Shown here: positions 44,876-58,329 of the stretch, piece after piece
Layout of the letters: every line of letters starts with the position of its first letter
Position numbering within the stretch: position 1 is the first letter of the stretch
Origin: Macrostomum lignano
Lineage: Eukaryota
Direction of reading: 5' to 3'
Length of the DNA stretch: 64,000 nt
NCBI GenBank assembly: GCA_002269645.1
Contig: NIVC01000212.1
Coordinates: 124,001-188,000 of the forward strand
Position numbers and translations under genes: made by a program
The notes under the pieces: model-generated
Told to the model about the DNA's origin: nothing
The model's input: only the letters and a program-made list of their open reading frames with translations
Databases searched by the model: none

Positions 44876-45459
44876 TAAATTTCTAGTAAACACACTAGCA
44901 ATCAGTGCCCCCGTGAGGGAGCCAAGAAAAATATAAAAAAATTTTTATAAACTACATGTAGCTTCTGGCCTTGACCTTGACATCTCAGCAATTCCCCCCG
45001 TGAGCCTTGAGACTTCAGTAGTTCTCCCCAGGATGTTTTACATACGCAGTCATGGTACAGTTTCTAGTAAACACATGTACAGTCAGTCTTTATTGTAGTG
45101 CAGCTTTTATTCAACACATGTACAGCCTGTTGTACTTATCAATAGCATAAAGAACGAAGCGCTTTGGAAGGAATACACTTAGAAAAGTAATATTTCCACT
45201 TTTAATTGTATTCGTGCATGCAAATTCGCTGTCTATAAAAACGCAGTCGGACTGCACAGCATTAGGGTTCTAGCTGTGCAGATTCCAATAATTGATTCGT
45301 CTCTTTATCCTTTCATATTTCCGCTTCACCTGCGTTTTAATTAATCCGTTTTTACTCTAGGGTTTGTTATTATAACGTCATTGTTTCCTACAAGGTCCTG
45401 CAGCTGGAAAAAAGCGGATTTTAATTTCCTATTACAGTCCTGAGTTAGGCTGGAAACAT

Positions 45460-46015
45460 CACTGACTCTTTGTTGTGACGTGTGACATCTGGTCGTCGGC
45501 GGAGCCGAGGCTTTGGTGTACAGCTTCGACCCCAAAAGTAGGCAGCCCACCTTCAAAATTGGTCCAGTCACGAAGCGTGGCCAAGCAGACGGTGGCTGTT
45601 TTCGTGGCTCGTAGCGGTCCACTGGCAGTTATTCCGTTGGTAACACAGCGCACAGAGGTTGTCAACTAGCATTGGACTGTGAGCATGCCTCAAGTGCGGC
45701 AACCTGTTATTAGTGAGAGGCGCCTAAAGACGCAACATCAGGGCACACACAGCCCGACAAAATATTGAGTTCATGGAGCAGAACCGCGTCCAGCTGCTTC
45801 AGCATCCACCTTCACATCCCTGACCTAGCCCTTTGCGACTTTGTCTTGCCTTGTGTATGCTCAAGGGAGTTCGATTTGAGTCACCAGAACTGGCTGTTGA
45901 GGCATTCTTCAGCATCCTGTTTGACATCCATCAGTCGGAGTTGGGTAGCAGGTATGTTGATTTGAAATGATGAGGAAGTACATTGATGCATCTTGAGAGT
46001 ACTTTATGAGAAACA
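45460..46015 (+). pseudogene. Degenerate Tc1/mariner transposase remnant
   Basis: Broken frames give VVTCD..W, KLVQSRSVAKQTVAVFVARSG, HTARQNIEFMEQNRVQLLQHPP..PDLALCDF, LKGVRFES and G.EYF.K, typical mariner motifs. Confidence 0.75.
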
Positions 46016-46340
46016 TTTGTTTATTATTTTACATTGACTTTATCAACAAGTATGTATTCGGAAATATCCTCATAACTACTTAATTTTCTTTTTCATCGTA
46101 CTTGGAAAAACAGTCATCAGCTTACACGACGGCCGATGTTTTAAATGATTCTTAAAGGGTTGTTCTCTTCATAATCAGTAAAGCACTCTTGATTCGGCAT
46201 CGTCACCTCGCCTACCAAAAAGTCAATGAAGAACAAAGAACCATACTGCAGTAGACAAAATATCATATATAATCCAAAAGAAGTCGTTAGTAATTAGAAA
46301 TAGGGGTGTCGCTTTCAATTGTAATTATGAATGGTGTTAT

Positions 46341-49300
46341 GCCAAAGGGAAGGCTACTGCCAACCCCGGCATCTCCGGCAAGAGCGGGGCGCAGTCTAAG
46401 GCCCAAGGAAAGGCGCAAGCCGATCCCAAAGCCAAAGCTGCATCTCGCCCCTCTGCTAGCAGCAGTTCGGCGACCGCGGTAACGGCTCCGGCCAAGCCCC
46501 GGGAACCAAACCTGCCAGTCGGAGAAGGAGTTGAGGACGAGGCCGGGTCTTCGGAATCCGAGCTCTCCTCGGCCACCCTGGTGGGGTCTGAAGGTAAAGA
46601 TGCAGGTGAGGAAGCTTCCTCCATCCTGTCATCGGAGCCTGAGGACTCTGCTGGGGGGCCGGTGGGGGTGAGGAGGCCATGGACGTCGACCAACTCCCAT
46701 CTCCCAGTCAAGCCCCAGCGGCCTGGGACGAGGACGATCTGTTGTCCAAGTCTCCTTGATGGCCCTGGGCTCTAGCCAGAAATTGCATTTAATACAGTAT
46801 GACTAAGCTCCACGCTGCCAAAGGAGCGACATTCTGTCTGCAAATTAATTTACAGCATTGCGTATCTGCGTCAGTAAATCTGATGAAGATTGCTGAGCTG
46901 TACAGGCCAGGCCTCATCCTGATCCAGGAACCCTGGATGCGCAACGGTAAGTTGCCCAACATTCCCTCTGGCTACTCTGATTTTTATGTGTGTGGCCCGG
47001 GGAACAGCCACCCTAGAGCGGCTATCCTCGCTGCTAGCCATCTCCAGGCTTGGCTGAGGACTGATCTCTCTGATGGAGACCTTTGCGTCATCCAATCTAA
47101 TCATTTCTCTCCGCGTACGCATCTTGTTGCCTCGGTTTATATCCCAGGCGACAGAGACCCTGCTCCTGAGAGTTTACTGCGCCTCGCGCAGTACTGCGAG
47201 TCCCAGAACGCTGAGCTGTGCTTAGGGGGCGACCTCAACGCGCACCACAAGCACTGGGGCAGCAAAGATACCAACACTAGAGGAGAGGAGCTTCTGGCCC
47301 TCATCTCTAACACAAACCTCATGCTCTGCAACCGCGGCAGCACTCCTACCTTTAATAATGGCAGATGGACCGAGGTCCTCGACGCCACACTCGTTACCCC
47401 AAGACTCTTTGACAGAGTTGAGGAGTGGAGAGTCTGGTCTGAGGAGCCCTCCCTGTCTGACCACTGCTTTATCGCCTTTAACATCGCGGACACTAAAACC
47501 CAGTCTCCGATCACTTGGAGACGCAATATCCGCAACACTGATTGGGCGGCCTACAAGGCTGCCCTTGATCTGCACCTGCAGGAACTCACGGACTTACGCC
47601 CGATTGAGACCTGCGAGGATGTGGATCAAATGGCTGAGACGCTGACAGGTTGCATTATTGAAGCCTACGAAGCGGCTTGTCCTGCTCGCGCCTACAAAGG
47701 CAAGACCTCGGCGCCGTGGTGGAACCCGGAGCTGGGGAAACTCAGGCGGAAGGCCAAAAGCCTTCATCGCCGTGCCATGAAGACCGGAAACCCGGAGGAC
47801 ATGGAGCTTTTCCGGCAAGCCTCCCGCAATTTCAAATCTGAAGTGCGAAGGCCAAGGAATGTAAGTGGCGCCAATTCTGCAATGAATTGGATCAAGACAG
47901 ACCTACTTCTAGGCTTGTCAAGGCCCTTACAATGGACAAAATGTCCAAATTAGCCATGATCAAAAAAGATGATGGCTCTCTTACTAAAGACCCTGAAGAA
48001 GTGCTTCAGCATATGCTTAGCACATTCTTCCCGAGGGTACCTACTGCTAGACCGGAGCCCAACCATTCGATGGATGGAGCCACCCTAGCGGCGGGCATTG
48101 TCACTGAAGACTTAATCGCTCGTGCGGTCAGAACCTTCAAACCCTTCAAATCTCCTGGACCTGATGGTATCTACCCTGTTCTCCTTCGTGAAGCAGCCAA
48201 GATACCCTCGTTCCTGAGACTCACCCGCAATCTTATGCGGGCCTCTATCCAGCTGGGATACGTTCCCAAATGCTGGACTGAAGCTCGGGTAGTCTTTATT
48301 CCCAAACCTGGGAAGGGTGACTACCAAAGCGTCAAGGCCTTCCGGCCTATTAGCTTAACGTCAGCAATGCTTAAGCTCACTGAGAGGCTTATTCTCTGGC
48401 GGCTGCTGTCCTGCGAGCTGACAGCGATGCCCCTCAGCAATAATCAGCACGCCTTCCGTACCGGGAGGTCGACTGACAGCGCCCTGCATGCGATTGTCGA
48501 GAAGATTGAAAGGGCGGTACTGGGTGACGGTTACGCTCTGGCTCTCTTTCTTGACATTGTTGGCGCCTTCGACAACGTTATCTTTGAAGCGTTTCAGAGG
48601 GCCCTTCAAAATCGCAAAGCTCATGCTACCCTCATACGGTGGATCATGTACATGATCTCCAACCGTACGGTCACTGCCCAACTTCTTGGGCAAACTGCCT
48701 CCACCAGAGTCTGTAAGGGTGGACCCCAAGGCGGAGTCCTCACCCCGACGCTCTGGAACCTGGTCATGGACGCTCTTTTGAGTGACTCCCGACCCGACCC
48801 CGTCTTCAAAGTCGGGTATGCTGATGACGTCACGGCCATTGTGGCAGGACCGTCTCCCAGCACGCTCAGGGATCTGATGCAGAGCTTTATCCGCAAAGCA
48901 GAATCCTGGGCCAATGACAATGGTCTGGAACTCTCTGAGCCCAAAACCGTTGCCATTATGTTTACCAGCAGACTACGCTGGAACATACGTCCTCTGCAGC
49001 TCTACGGCAGAGATATTGCCTTCGCGCACCAGACCAGATGTCTCGGGGTCATACTTGACCACCGGCTCAACTGGTCCTCCCACGTGAAAGCAAAAGCCAA
49101 GCGTGCCTCAGCCATCCTGGCCCAGCTCCGACGAGCACTTGGCACTTCTTGGGGTCTATCCCCAAAGCGGCTTTGGTGGATCTATACTTCCGTAGTTAGA
49201 CCTGCCATTACGTACGCCTCTGTTGTCTGGGTTAGCGCTACCCAGGTCAAAAGCCATGCAGACCTGCTCAACACGATCCAAGGCAGAGCGTGTAGGCTCA

Positions 49301-50635
49301 TCTGCAACGCCACCAGGTCCACGCCCTTTGCTGGCATGGGTGCCTTCCTTAATCTTCCGCCTCTTGACCTCTTCATCAGGGGTGAGGCGGCTAGAACGAC
49401 GCGGCGTCTAATTGATGCCGGCGTCAAATTCATTTACATGAGAGCACCTGCTAAGCGGAACCTTGTCCCGCATAGCGATCTGTGCCTCAACTTTCTCAAC
49501 GAGTGTCAGGCCAATCGCGTCTTCACCGATGGCATTGCCTCAACGCTCAACCTGAGACAGCGCTACTCCGTAGCTATCGACTCGCGCGATAACATCAATG
49601 ACCATTGGAACCCTGGTGAGCTTCATTGCTACACCGACGGTTCTAAGCAGTCAGCCAACACCGGCTTTGGTGTTGGAATCTTTCTGAACGGGAGGGTCAT
49701 CGCTACCCACGCTCAATACACTGGGGTCAACTCCAGTGTTTTCCAAAATGAAGTTCTGGCCATCAGCTCCTGCACTGCAGAGCTTCTCGCCACTGGCGTT
49801 ACTGGTAAGAACATCATTTTCCATTCGGACAGCCAAGCTGCCTTGCACGCCATCAGTGGCTGCAGCACCAACTCTGCTACAGTCCTTGACTGTATCAAAC
49901 TCCTCAATGTGTTGGGTTCCGCCAACAAAATTACCCTTAAGTGGGTTCCGGGGCATGTGGGGATCCGAGGAAATGAGTTGGCTGACACCCTTGCAAAAGT
50001 TGGTGCCTCCGGCTCCTCTCTCGGCCCTGAACCTCTTGTCCCGATTCCTGGCTGTGTCATCGACTCGCGCATCAAAGCGTGGATCAGGACTCAGCACCGC
50101 TCGACTTGGGCGAACCGCACGAACTGCAGGCAATCCAGAGGCGCTGTCCCTCAGCCCTCTCACCAGCTCCGGAAGCTCCTCTTGCGCCTCTCGCGCAGAG
50201 ACATCCGGGCTGCCACCATGACCCTCTCTGGTCACGGCTGCTTCTCCAGGCACCAGTACCTGCAGGGCAACGCCACCAACGCCACCTGTAGTTTCTGCAA
50301 CTCAGGTGACGAAACCGCTGAGCATTTCGTCAGCATCTGTCCCGCCTTCACGCGGGCCAGACTCACTTACCTCGGGCCACACACATCTATTACTGATGCG
50401 TGCAAACCCGAAAACTTTAATCAGCTCATGCGCTACCTTCGGGCCACCCGCAGGGCTGAACTCTCCTTTCCAGAGAGCACCATAGCTGCTGGCGACACTG
50501 GGGGACCTCCCTGGGCGGCGCCAACCCTCCGTCCATAGCGACGCGTCGGCCGTTCAGGGACTAGCGGAATGGGCGCCCGCGCCTTCCCGCTGTGTCCCCT
50601 CCGGGACAGCCCTGCAGCTAAGTCAAGTAAGTCAA
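46341..50635 (+). mobile_element. 5'-truncated non-LTR retrotransposon with RNase H (LOA/R1-group-like)
   Basis: 8-bp TSD GGTGTTAT (46333-46340, 50636-50643); ORF1 3' remnant to ~46775; ORF2; short AAGTC-type repeated 3' tail. Confidence 0.88.
46799..50538 (+). CDS. LINE ORF2: AP endonuclease, RT, RNase H and CCHC, with one -1 frameshift at ~47850
   Basis: EN: LQINLQH, IQEPW, GGDLNAHH, SDH. RT: KSPGPDG, FRPISL, QHAFR, GPQGGVL, GYADD. RNase H: YTDGSK, FQNEV, HSDSQAAL, WVPGHVGIRGNELAD. Then CSFC..ETAEHFVSICP. Confidence 0.93.
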
Positions 50636-52155
50636 GGTGTTATTAACTTTTTTTACTCTAGACGTAGACAGAATTCTAGTTTTATTTACTTTAAAAAGTA
50701 TTTGTCATTCGACATCAACTTGACAATTGGCAATAGCACGGCATGCAAAATGTGTGCACAATTGTTACTTTATGAAAGCATTTAGCATTACGACTTAGGA
50801 GTTATTTACGATTGAAATACGGTGTTTTCATGGAACATCTAGAGGTCTACACAGTTGTTAATTATTAGTAGCTGTAGCTGCTCTTGCAAAGAACAAAAAT
50901 TGCTACTCCGCTTTCATCCATCCTTGATTGATGACCCAGTTTTTGCCCCTTGGCTTAAAAGCAACGGACGAAAAGCTACTAGCTATAGAAACTTCTTTCT
51001 TGAAGGGTAAATTTAGAATCAAAGCACACGAGCGTATCGCGTAAAATTACTAGCACTGCTCTATCTCTTTTTAGACAAGCCACGTGCAGGTAGTTGTTTA
51101 GCCGTAAATTATCTTGACTCTATCATGACACAAAGCCTTAAAGAGACATTCGCCCGTCCGTTTGACATTGCTGTTCTGGCTGTGACTGTTTTAATAGATT
51201 TTATGATCCAACTTTCTTTTAAGTCACCCTCTGGTTTAATATCGATTTTTCTGTTTAACCCGTGTCCCCATACGTTAGTCCCGCTCCCTCAACCCTCTCC
51301 GCAAGCTGTTTTTAATCGAAACCTACTTTGTCGGTTGGCATAGGAACTTAGCAATTTTCAGCTCTATAGCAAAAGAAAAGCAACAGTAAAAAGTACTTCA
51401 GGAAATACGTACGAAATATGCACTTAGAATACGATTAATGTCCCTTGACACAAAGCTATACGAGCTACAAGTCATGTCGTATCTGCAGCTCATGAAAAAC
51501 TATTATTATAGTACAGTACTTGTATATGAACCTTTGTTTGTATGCTGATATGAGCCTACTGAATAAGTAGTTAATAAATATTACAATTAAAATGGTTATC
51601 AATATTTTCTATGCCAAGGCGTGATTACAATAAGTACACGTATCTATATAGGCGTACGAGAGCGCACAATATAATTCTTTTACTAACACGTTTCATTTAT
51701 GCACTGCAATATGGTGACTGCAATATTTCCAAGCTATTGTTCAAGATTTTGAAAAACCATACAATTTAGTACGAATACAACAAAAACGTTTGTGAACTTT
51801 TGATAAAAAATATTAAACGTTAAAGATAAAACTGCGCATGTTTACGAAGCTTTGCCTTCGCTTTGATGATGCAAAAAGTTAATGATCCATTTGTCAGTTG
51901 CTTTTCATGTCGCTTGCTTTAAAAATCCTCCACATGCAGACCTAATCGTAGTGCAAGCTTGTTATTACACTTCAACTTTGTCTTAGAGGATGCAAAGCGT
52001 TTTAAATTTTTATCCGCTTTAACTGTCAAACCGCAGATCCGACTCCATTTCAGCTCGTGTATTTATCTCTGCTTTTGTGGTCAGAAAGAGGTAATTATAT
52101 AGATTCTCTGCTCTGACCGTCTACTAGAACCTTTTAATTCTTCGAAACCACTTAC

Positions 52156-52346
52156 CTGCTTCGATCTGCATGCTCTCTTACTCTAACCTGTTCTTTACGG
52201 ACTATTATCCAATTCTCCTTTGTTCCCGAACAGTTGGGCCAACAAGTATCTAACACGACTGATGCACAACGCGACTGAATAGCAACATGTGATGCAAAAC
52301 TATGATAATTTTGATATCCGTTTAGGTTCACAATAGATAAATGGGC
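52156..52346 (-). other. Possible isolated coding exon of an unidentified gene
   Basis: AG acceptor, open frame (..VVLDTCWPNCSGTKENWIIVRKEQVRVREHADRS) and a strong GTAAGT donor; no partner exons established. Confidence 0.3.
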
Positions 52347-52525
52347 CTTCACTAAATAGGGAGTTATGGAATAAAATTACATTACTTTCACTGCTAGGGA
52401 CTGAATCGTGGGATGATTTCACAACAATTTCGGTTTCCGATGGTTTTGGGATTCTAATGCGCTAGATAGAATTTGCACTGATAAGAATCCGGTGCTTTTA
52501 AGTCCTTTCAAGTCCTAGGTAAGCC

Positions 52526-55500
52526 TGTTGTGAATTGAACTCCGGCTGAAGTATTTAACTCATGAGCTTAAGATTCTTTATATTTCTTATTTGAAAGAGA
52601 TCAGAAGGGTGAGCTCTAGGAACTTTGGGCTGGGTTAATTACCATAGAAGAAACTGTAGCGATAGAATGCTTAGAGGCGATTAGTGCAAACAAACGGCAT
52701 AGAATAACGAACTTGAACTTATATAAACTATAGTGCATCTCAGTGTGCGATATACCACATGCCCCTCCCTATATTCAGAAGATGTCAATTGGAACAGTGA
52801 AGTCGTTTCATGTCGTTTCATTAGTTTCGCGTTTTTTTTTCAACCCTCCTCGGATACCAGTTTAAGGCACAAAGCGCTCAGGAGCGGATCGGTTTCTGAG
52901 GCTCCTTCTCAGCTGAACGGCTTCTTCAGGCACGGGTGTCTGAATCCCTGCGACTGGCTCGTTTCCGGTTTCTGGCACGCTGTTAGTCTCATCTTCGTCC
53001 TCCATCTCGAATTCCGATGGCTGGGTGGCCATTGGGGCAAGTTGATTCGTGCTTGCAAGGCGAAGCCCATCGTCAGCGAGGATCCATGCCGTGTTTTGAC
53101 CTGCCGTCATCACGAACTTTGCCGGGTTGCCGACTGAGGAGCTGCTTGGCGCATAGATCACGCTGTCACCCTGTTCGAAGTTGGTCACCACCGGGACTCT
53201 GAGTCGCCGTCCAAAAAGAATTTCGGCTGGGCAGCAGCCCCGCGAAGAGGCTGAGTTTCTGTGGTGCAGGAGGACCTTTTGCAAGAAGCGGCTAAACTCC
53301 ATGTGCGTAATTTTTTCAGACCAGGCCCTTAGTGCGGACTTGACGATCTGAACGGCCCTTTCTGCGGCTCCATTCGCCTGCGGGTAATAGGTGGGTGACT
53401 CGAGCTTCTTGGCACCATTGGCGCGGAGCCACGATGTGAGCACTTCAGTGGTGAACTCTGGGGCGTTGTCCGAAACCACCAGCTCGGGGACGCCGAACCG
53501 TGTGAATACGGTACGCAGGCACTGAATGACTGAATCAGCTGTGCGATCGCGGCAAGGAAATGCTTCTATCCAGCCGGAAAAGGAATCCACGATGACCAGG
53601 ATGTTTCCAGCGCCTTTTACGTATGCCCAGTCCATGTGTACGCGCTGGAACGGATACGTTGATGGAGGCCAGCGATCCCTGTCGTGGCCGAGTTGAGGCC
53701 GAAGCCTGCAGCAGTCTGGACAGCGTCGAACAAACTGGGCAACGTCCTGTTGCATTCCGGGCCACCAGCAGCTGGTAGACATTAGACTGTGCGCTGCATG
53801 CATGCCTGTGTGCGTGTCGTGAATGGCATCGAACGCGGCCTTGCGCAGTCTTGGTGGAATGAAGACTCTTCTTTGCATGTAGAGTAGTCCATTTTCTAGC
53901 GTTAGTTTGTTTGAGACTTTTTTGAACTGCGCTTCTGCCTGGCTGCAGTTTCGCCAATCGCCTTGGCGGACGCGATTGAGAATTCTCTGGGTGAGCGCGT
54001 CTAACTCCATCTCCGCTGTGATTCGTTTAGCGTCGATCACAGGTGATTCAAATGCGATTGAATTAATCGTCTCGAATGTGGCCTTGTCGTCTGATGAGCT
54101 GTCATCGAATCTGAGTCTGGATAAGGCATCTACGTGTGGAATGCTACTGCCACGTGCATACTGAATTCGGTAATCAAACTGCATCAGGTACAAGGCCCAG
54201 CGTCCGATTCGGGCTGAGGCATCCACTGGGACGCCGGATCCGGAGCCAAAAAGTCGGATGAGCGGTTGATGGTCTGTGCGTATTGTGAATGGTCGGCCAT
54301 GGAAGTAGTGCTTCAAGCGTGCGATGGCCCAAACAATAGCCAAGGCCTCCCGCTCGATGTTAGAATAATTGGATTCAGCGGAGGACAGGCTACGTGACAC
54401 GTATATCACGGGATGGCCATCTTGTGTTGCCACGGCGGCGAGGGCTCCTTTGGAAGCATCAGTGGTCAGCGTCAGTTCCTTTGTCAAGCTGTAGGGCTGG
54501 ACCACAGGCGCTGAAGCGATTTCCAGCTTTAGGCTCTCGAACGCTTTGGAACACTCCTCCGACCACACGAACGGAACGCTTGCTTGTCGTAGTCTATTAA
54601 GCGGTGCAGTTTTGCCTGCAAAGTTTGGGATGAGGCGGCCGAAGAAGTTTACCAAGCCAAGAAAGTGAGCGAGCTCTGATTTATTTGCTGGCGGGCACAC
54701 ATGGCGAATTTTCTCCACTAGGCGATCATCGGGCTGAATACCAGCCGCGATATTCGGAAGCCCAAGAACGAAACCGAATCGCAATAGCTGATGCTTTTCG
54801 CTTCGTTGATAGTCACGCGCTTCTCAGATAGACGCGTTCGCACAGCAGCGAGGCGCTTCTCCAGCGTGGGTTTGTCTGGCGCGTGAATGAGAATGTCGTC
54901 TTGGTAGATAAGCAGTCCTTTGATGTCTCCTAGAATGGATTCCATGGTGCGTTGGAAGATGAAGGAGGCGTTCTTCATCCCCATTTGCAGCCGATTGACA
55001 CGATAGAGCCCGCGGGACGTGTTTATTACCGATAGGTCTCTCGCGGCTTCATCAAGCTCGATCTGCCAGTACGCCGAACGTAGATCGACTGTGGCGAAAG
55101 TTTTGGCGTTCTTTAGCTTGGAGAACATGGTCTCGATGTGTGGAATGGGATATGAGTCTGATTTGATCTTCGAATTGACGTGCACGCTGTAGTCCGCGCA
55201 CATGCGGAGAGTTCCATCCTTCTTCTTTACCCACACTACGGGTGAAGCGTTACTAACCGGACCCTCTGTTGGCTCGATGACACCAAGTTGGTGGAGGCGA
55301 TCCAGTTCTGCGCTGATTTGGCTTTCTAGGGCGAGTGGCACAGCACGAGCGCGGCAAAATTGTGGTTTAGCACCGTCCACCAGTTCCATTCGGGCCTTAA
55401 CGCCTCGGATACAGGGCAGAGGTTCGATGGCAGTTTTTTCTGCTTGAACATCGCTGGCATGGAAGACACCGTCAGACTCGAGGAGGTCGCGGCCAAGCAA

Positions 55501-55992
55501 CCCGTACGTCTTTTCCGAAGAGACTACAATCAGTTCCACTGGTTGAAGGCGTCCTCGTAGCTCCACAGTTGCAGTCACTTTGCCAAGCGATTTCATGACG
55601 TGCCCGTCGAAGGCCTCCAAGCGCCGATTGGAACGCATGAGTGGTGGCTTACCCAGTAGAGCCCACTGCGCACTGGAGAGCACGGAGACTGATGCTCCCG
55701 TGTCGATCTGCATTTTGAAGGCTTATCGTTGATGCGCACAGTCTGCTTGCGACGCCATTGTTGTGAATTGAACTCCGGCTGAAGTATTTAACTCATGAGC
55801 TTAAGATTCTTTATATTTCTTATTTGAAAGAGATCAGAAGGGTGAGCTCTAGGAACTTTGGGCTGGGTTAATTACCATAGAAGAAACTGTAGCGATAGAA
55901 TGCTTAGAGGCGATTAGTGCAAACAAACGGCATAGAATAACGAACTTGAACTTATATAAACTATAGTGCATCTCAGTGTGCGATATACCACA
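52526..55992 (-). mobile_element. Ty3/Gypsy LTR retrotransposon lacking gag, 3467 bp
   Basis: Two 234-bp LTRs (52526-52759, 55759-55992; TGT..ACA) that look identical, 5-bp TSD AAGCC, polypurine tract AGGGAGGGGCA before the 3' LTR, PBS-like TGGCG after the 5' LTR, domain order PR-RT-RH-IN. Confidence 0.93.
52862..55757 (-). CDS. Gypsy pol (protease, RT, RNase H, integrase) with two -1 frameshifts
   Basis: IDTGAS (PR), YQDDILI (RT), TDASKG..YSNIEREALA..TDHQPL (RH), HDTHTG..CPDC, HMDW..SDNAPEF..NGAAER (IN); shifts at ~55720 and ~54748. Confidence 0.92.
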
Positions 55993-56016
55993 AAGCCATA
56001 AAAATGTCGGTCAGTT

Positions 56017-56535
56017 CTACAGGCTGCCTTTCTTTCTATTCGAACCCTCGGCTGCCGCTGCTCGCTCGGCGTCCCTATCTAGGCGCGATATGGTGGCACT
56101 CATCTCCTGGATGTCCTCGCGCAGGTCGGACATCTGCGCGTTAAGCGTCTGCATCTGTTGGGGCGACAAATGCCTTTGACGCTTCTTTATCTCGGCTAGA
56201 AGGCAGTCGAGCTGCAAATGAAGAAATAAAATAACGGCAAGCAATTAACTGAAGCAATATTTATCGGAAACTCATATCTGTGGTAATGCGTTTCGTGCAA
56301 GCCCACTAACTTTGCACTGAATCAATAGGCCATAGTCGTCCACAGTGGGCGGTCTGCCCGTGCGTTCAACAAGTAGGTTACTAAACTCCAGACTATTTTG
56401 GCTTCCTACCATAGATGAACGAAATATCTATTCAATCAAAGCAATTTTGCACCTGTATTTGAGTTGATATTCGGCGACGCTTGAGTTCGGCAACCTCCTC
56501 GGGTGTGAGCAGCTCCAGTGGATCTCCGGTCACGT
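56017..56535 (-). CDS. Terminal exons encoding a coiled coil, probably the 3' end of the PH-domain gene
   Basis: Exon NVTGDPLELLTPEEVAELKRRRISTQIQ joins in phase 0 to LDCLLAEIKKRQRH..MSDLREDIQEMSATISRLDRDAE..KKGSL*. Confidence 0.55.
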
Positions 56536-57539
56536 TCTGAAATCATTTTTTGAGAAAAACTTTAGGTTGAAAAATGAAGTCCAGTTTGATGTCTTATAAT
56601 GCCAAAGTTTATAAGAATGTTTGACAATAGATGGCCTTTATAATGGACACTGAGTTCCTGTATAACTCTCATGACAGCAGCTTCTAAATTACATTTCAAG
56701 CTAAGAACTAGCTGCTAAGCAATGACTGGAGAAACTCATTTTCGTACAAACATTGCTTCTACACAACTGATTCAATATTTCTCTCTCCTATATTCTGCCT
56801 CTATCCCTGTTTGCTCGTCCAGGACTTTTCACGAAAAAACCTACAGAGAGTAGCTGCATATATTAGACAAGACGCTGCATGCATTGCCTGTTCCCTCGCA
56901 GCAATGCGTGTTTGCTCTGCTGCATGCATCCCATCCCTTGCTGCCTCTCCCCTTGCTCTCGAGACAATGTGGGACTCACCCCGCAATGGCACAAAAGCAT
57001 ATGCCTAAAAAGCATCAAAGCCTATCATTCAGCGAATCCTTTAGAAGTTGAGCCTACTCAATACCCACTCCTCACTTGCATGCTAGCGGGGTGTGCTTAT
57101 ATTTAATTCTTGTGTTTTCTCAAGTATTTAGCATTGGATGATACGAATATAAATAGTTCTCCGTTAAATGTATAGCCCTCAGTCAAACGGACCAACACTT
57201 CGCCCTGTTCAAACAGCTAAAACTACTTTTAGAATGTTGTTTAAAGATTCTGCAACTGGGTAGTGGCCTTGCGCTGTGCCTATAGCTCTGTACATATTAT
57301 ATTATAGACCAGTGATCGTACCACTTTCACTTTTTACTGATCGCCCCACCCCATATTACGCTTAATCGTGTAACGTACTGTACGCTTTCACTCAGCTTAT
57401 AAATGTCGACCTAGAGTATCTCTCTCAAATATACCCTTTTCGTTTTCATCGCTTTATAGCTATTTGTCTCAAAATAGTTATTCTAGCAACCACCTGATGT
57501 AAACTAAAATAGAAATAATTTTGGAGTCGGTTGTCAGGG

Positions 57540-58280
57540 GACGCCAAAGCTTTTAGTCGAGTGGATGCCAAAGCTTTGAGTCTGGGGGATGCCAAAGCTT
57601 GAGTCAGGAGAAGCCAAGGCTCTGAGTCAGAAGATGCCAAAGCTTTGAGTCAGGAGAAGCCAAAGCTTTGAGTCAGAAGATGCCAAAGCTTTGAGTCAGG
57701 AGAAGCCAAAGCTTTGAGTCAGAAGATGCCAAAGCTTTGAGTCAGGAGAAGCCAAAGCTTTGAGTCAGAAGATGCCAAAGCTTTGAGTCAGGAGAAGCCA
57801 AAGCTTTGAGTCAGAAGATGCCAAAGCTTTGAGTCAGGGGGTGCCAAAGTTTTAGTCAGGAAATCCAAAGCTTTGAGTCAGGAAATCCAAAGCTTTGAGT
57901 CAGGGGGGGTGCCAAAGCTTTGAGTCAGGGGGTGCCAAAGTTTTAGTCAGCCAAAGTTTTCAGTCAAAGCTTTGAAATCCCAAAGCTTTGAGTCAGGGGG
58001 CCAAAGTGTCCCAAAGCTTTGAGTCAGGGGGGGATGCCAAAGCTTTGAGTCAGGAAAGAGTCAGCCAAAGCTTTGAGTCAGGGGGTGCCAAAGCTTTGAG
58101 TGCCAAAGCTTTGAGTCGGGAGATGCCAAAGCTTTGAGTCAGGAGATGCCAAAGCTTTGAGTCGGGGGGATGCCAAAGCTTTGAGTCAGGGGGGTGCCAA
58201 AGCTTTGAGGCGGGAGGATGCCAGAGCTTTGAGTTAGGAGATGACAAGGCTTTGAGTCAGGAGATGCCAAAGCTTGAGTT
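57540..58280. repeat. ~22-bp minisatellite (CCAAAGCTTTGAGTCAGGAGAAG/ATG)n
   Basis: About 30 variable units, each with the palindrome AAAGCTTT. Confidence 0.92.
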
Positions 58281-58329
58281 AGGAGATTCCTACGAACTCA
58301 TACGATTTCCTGACATAGATCTCTGGCAT

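Noticed and set aside
47137-50291. Antisense or overlapping ORFs within LINE ORF2, Gypsy pol and IFT172 exons
   Set aside because: Expected by-products of GC-rich coding sequence with few stops on the opposite strand.
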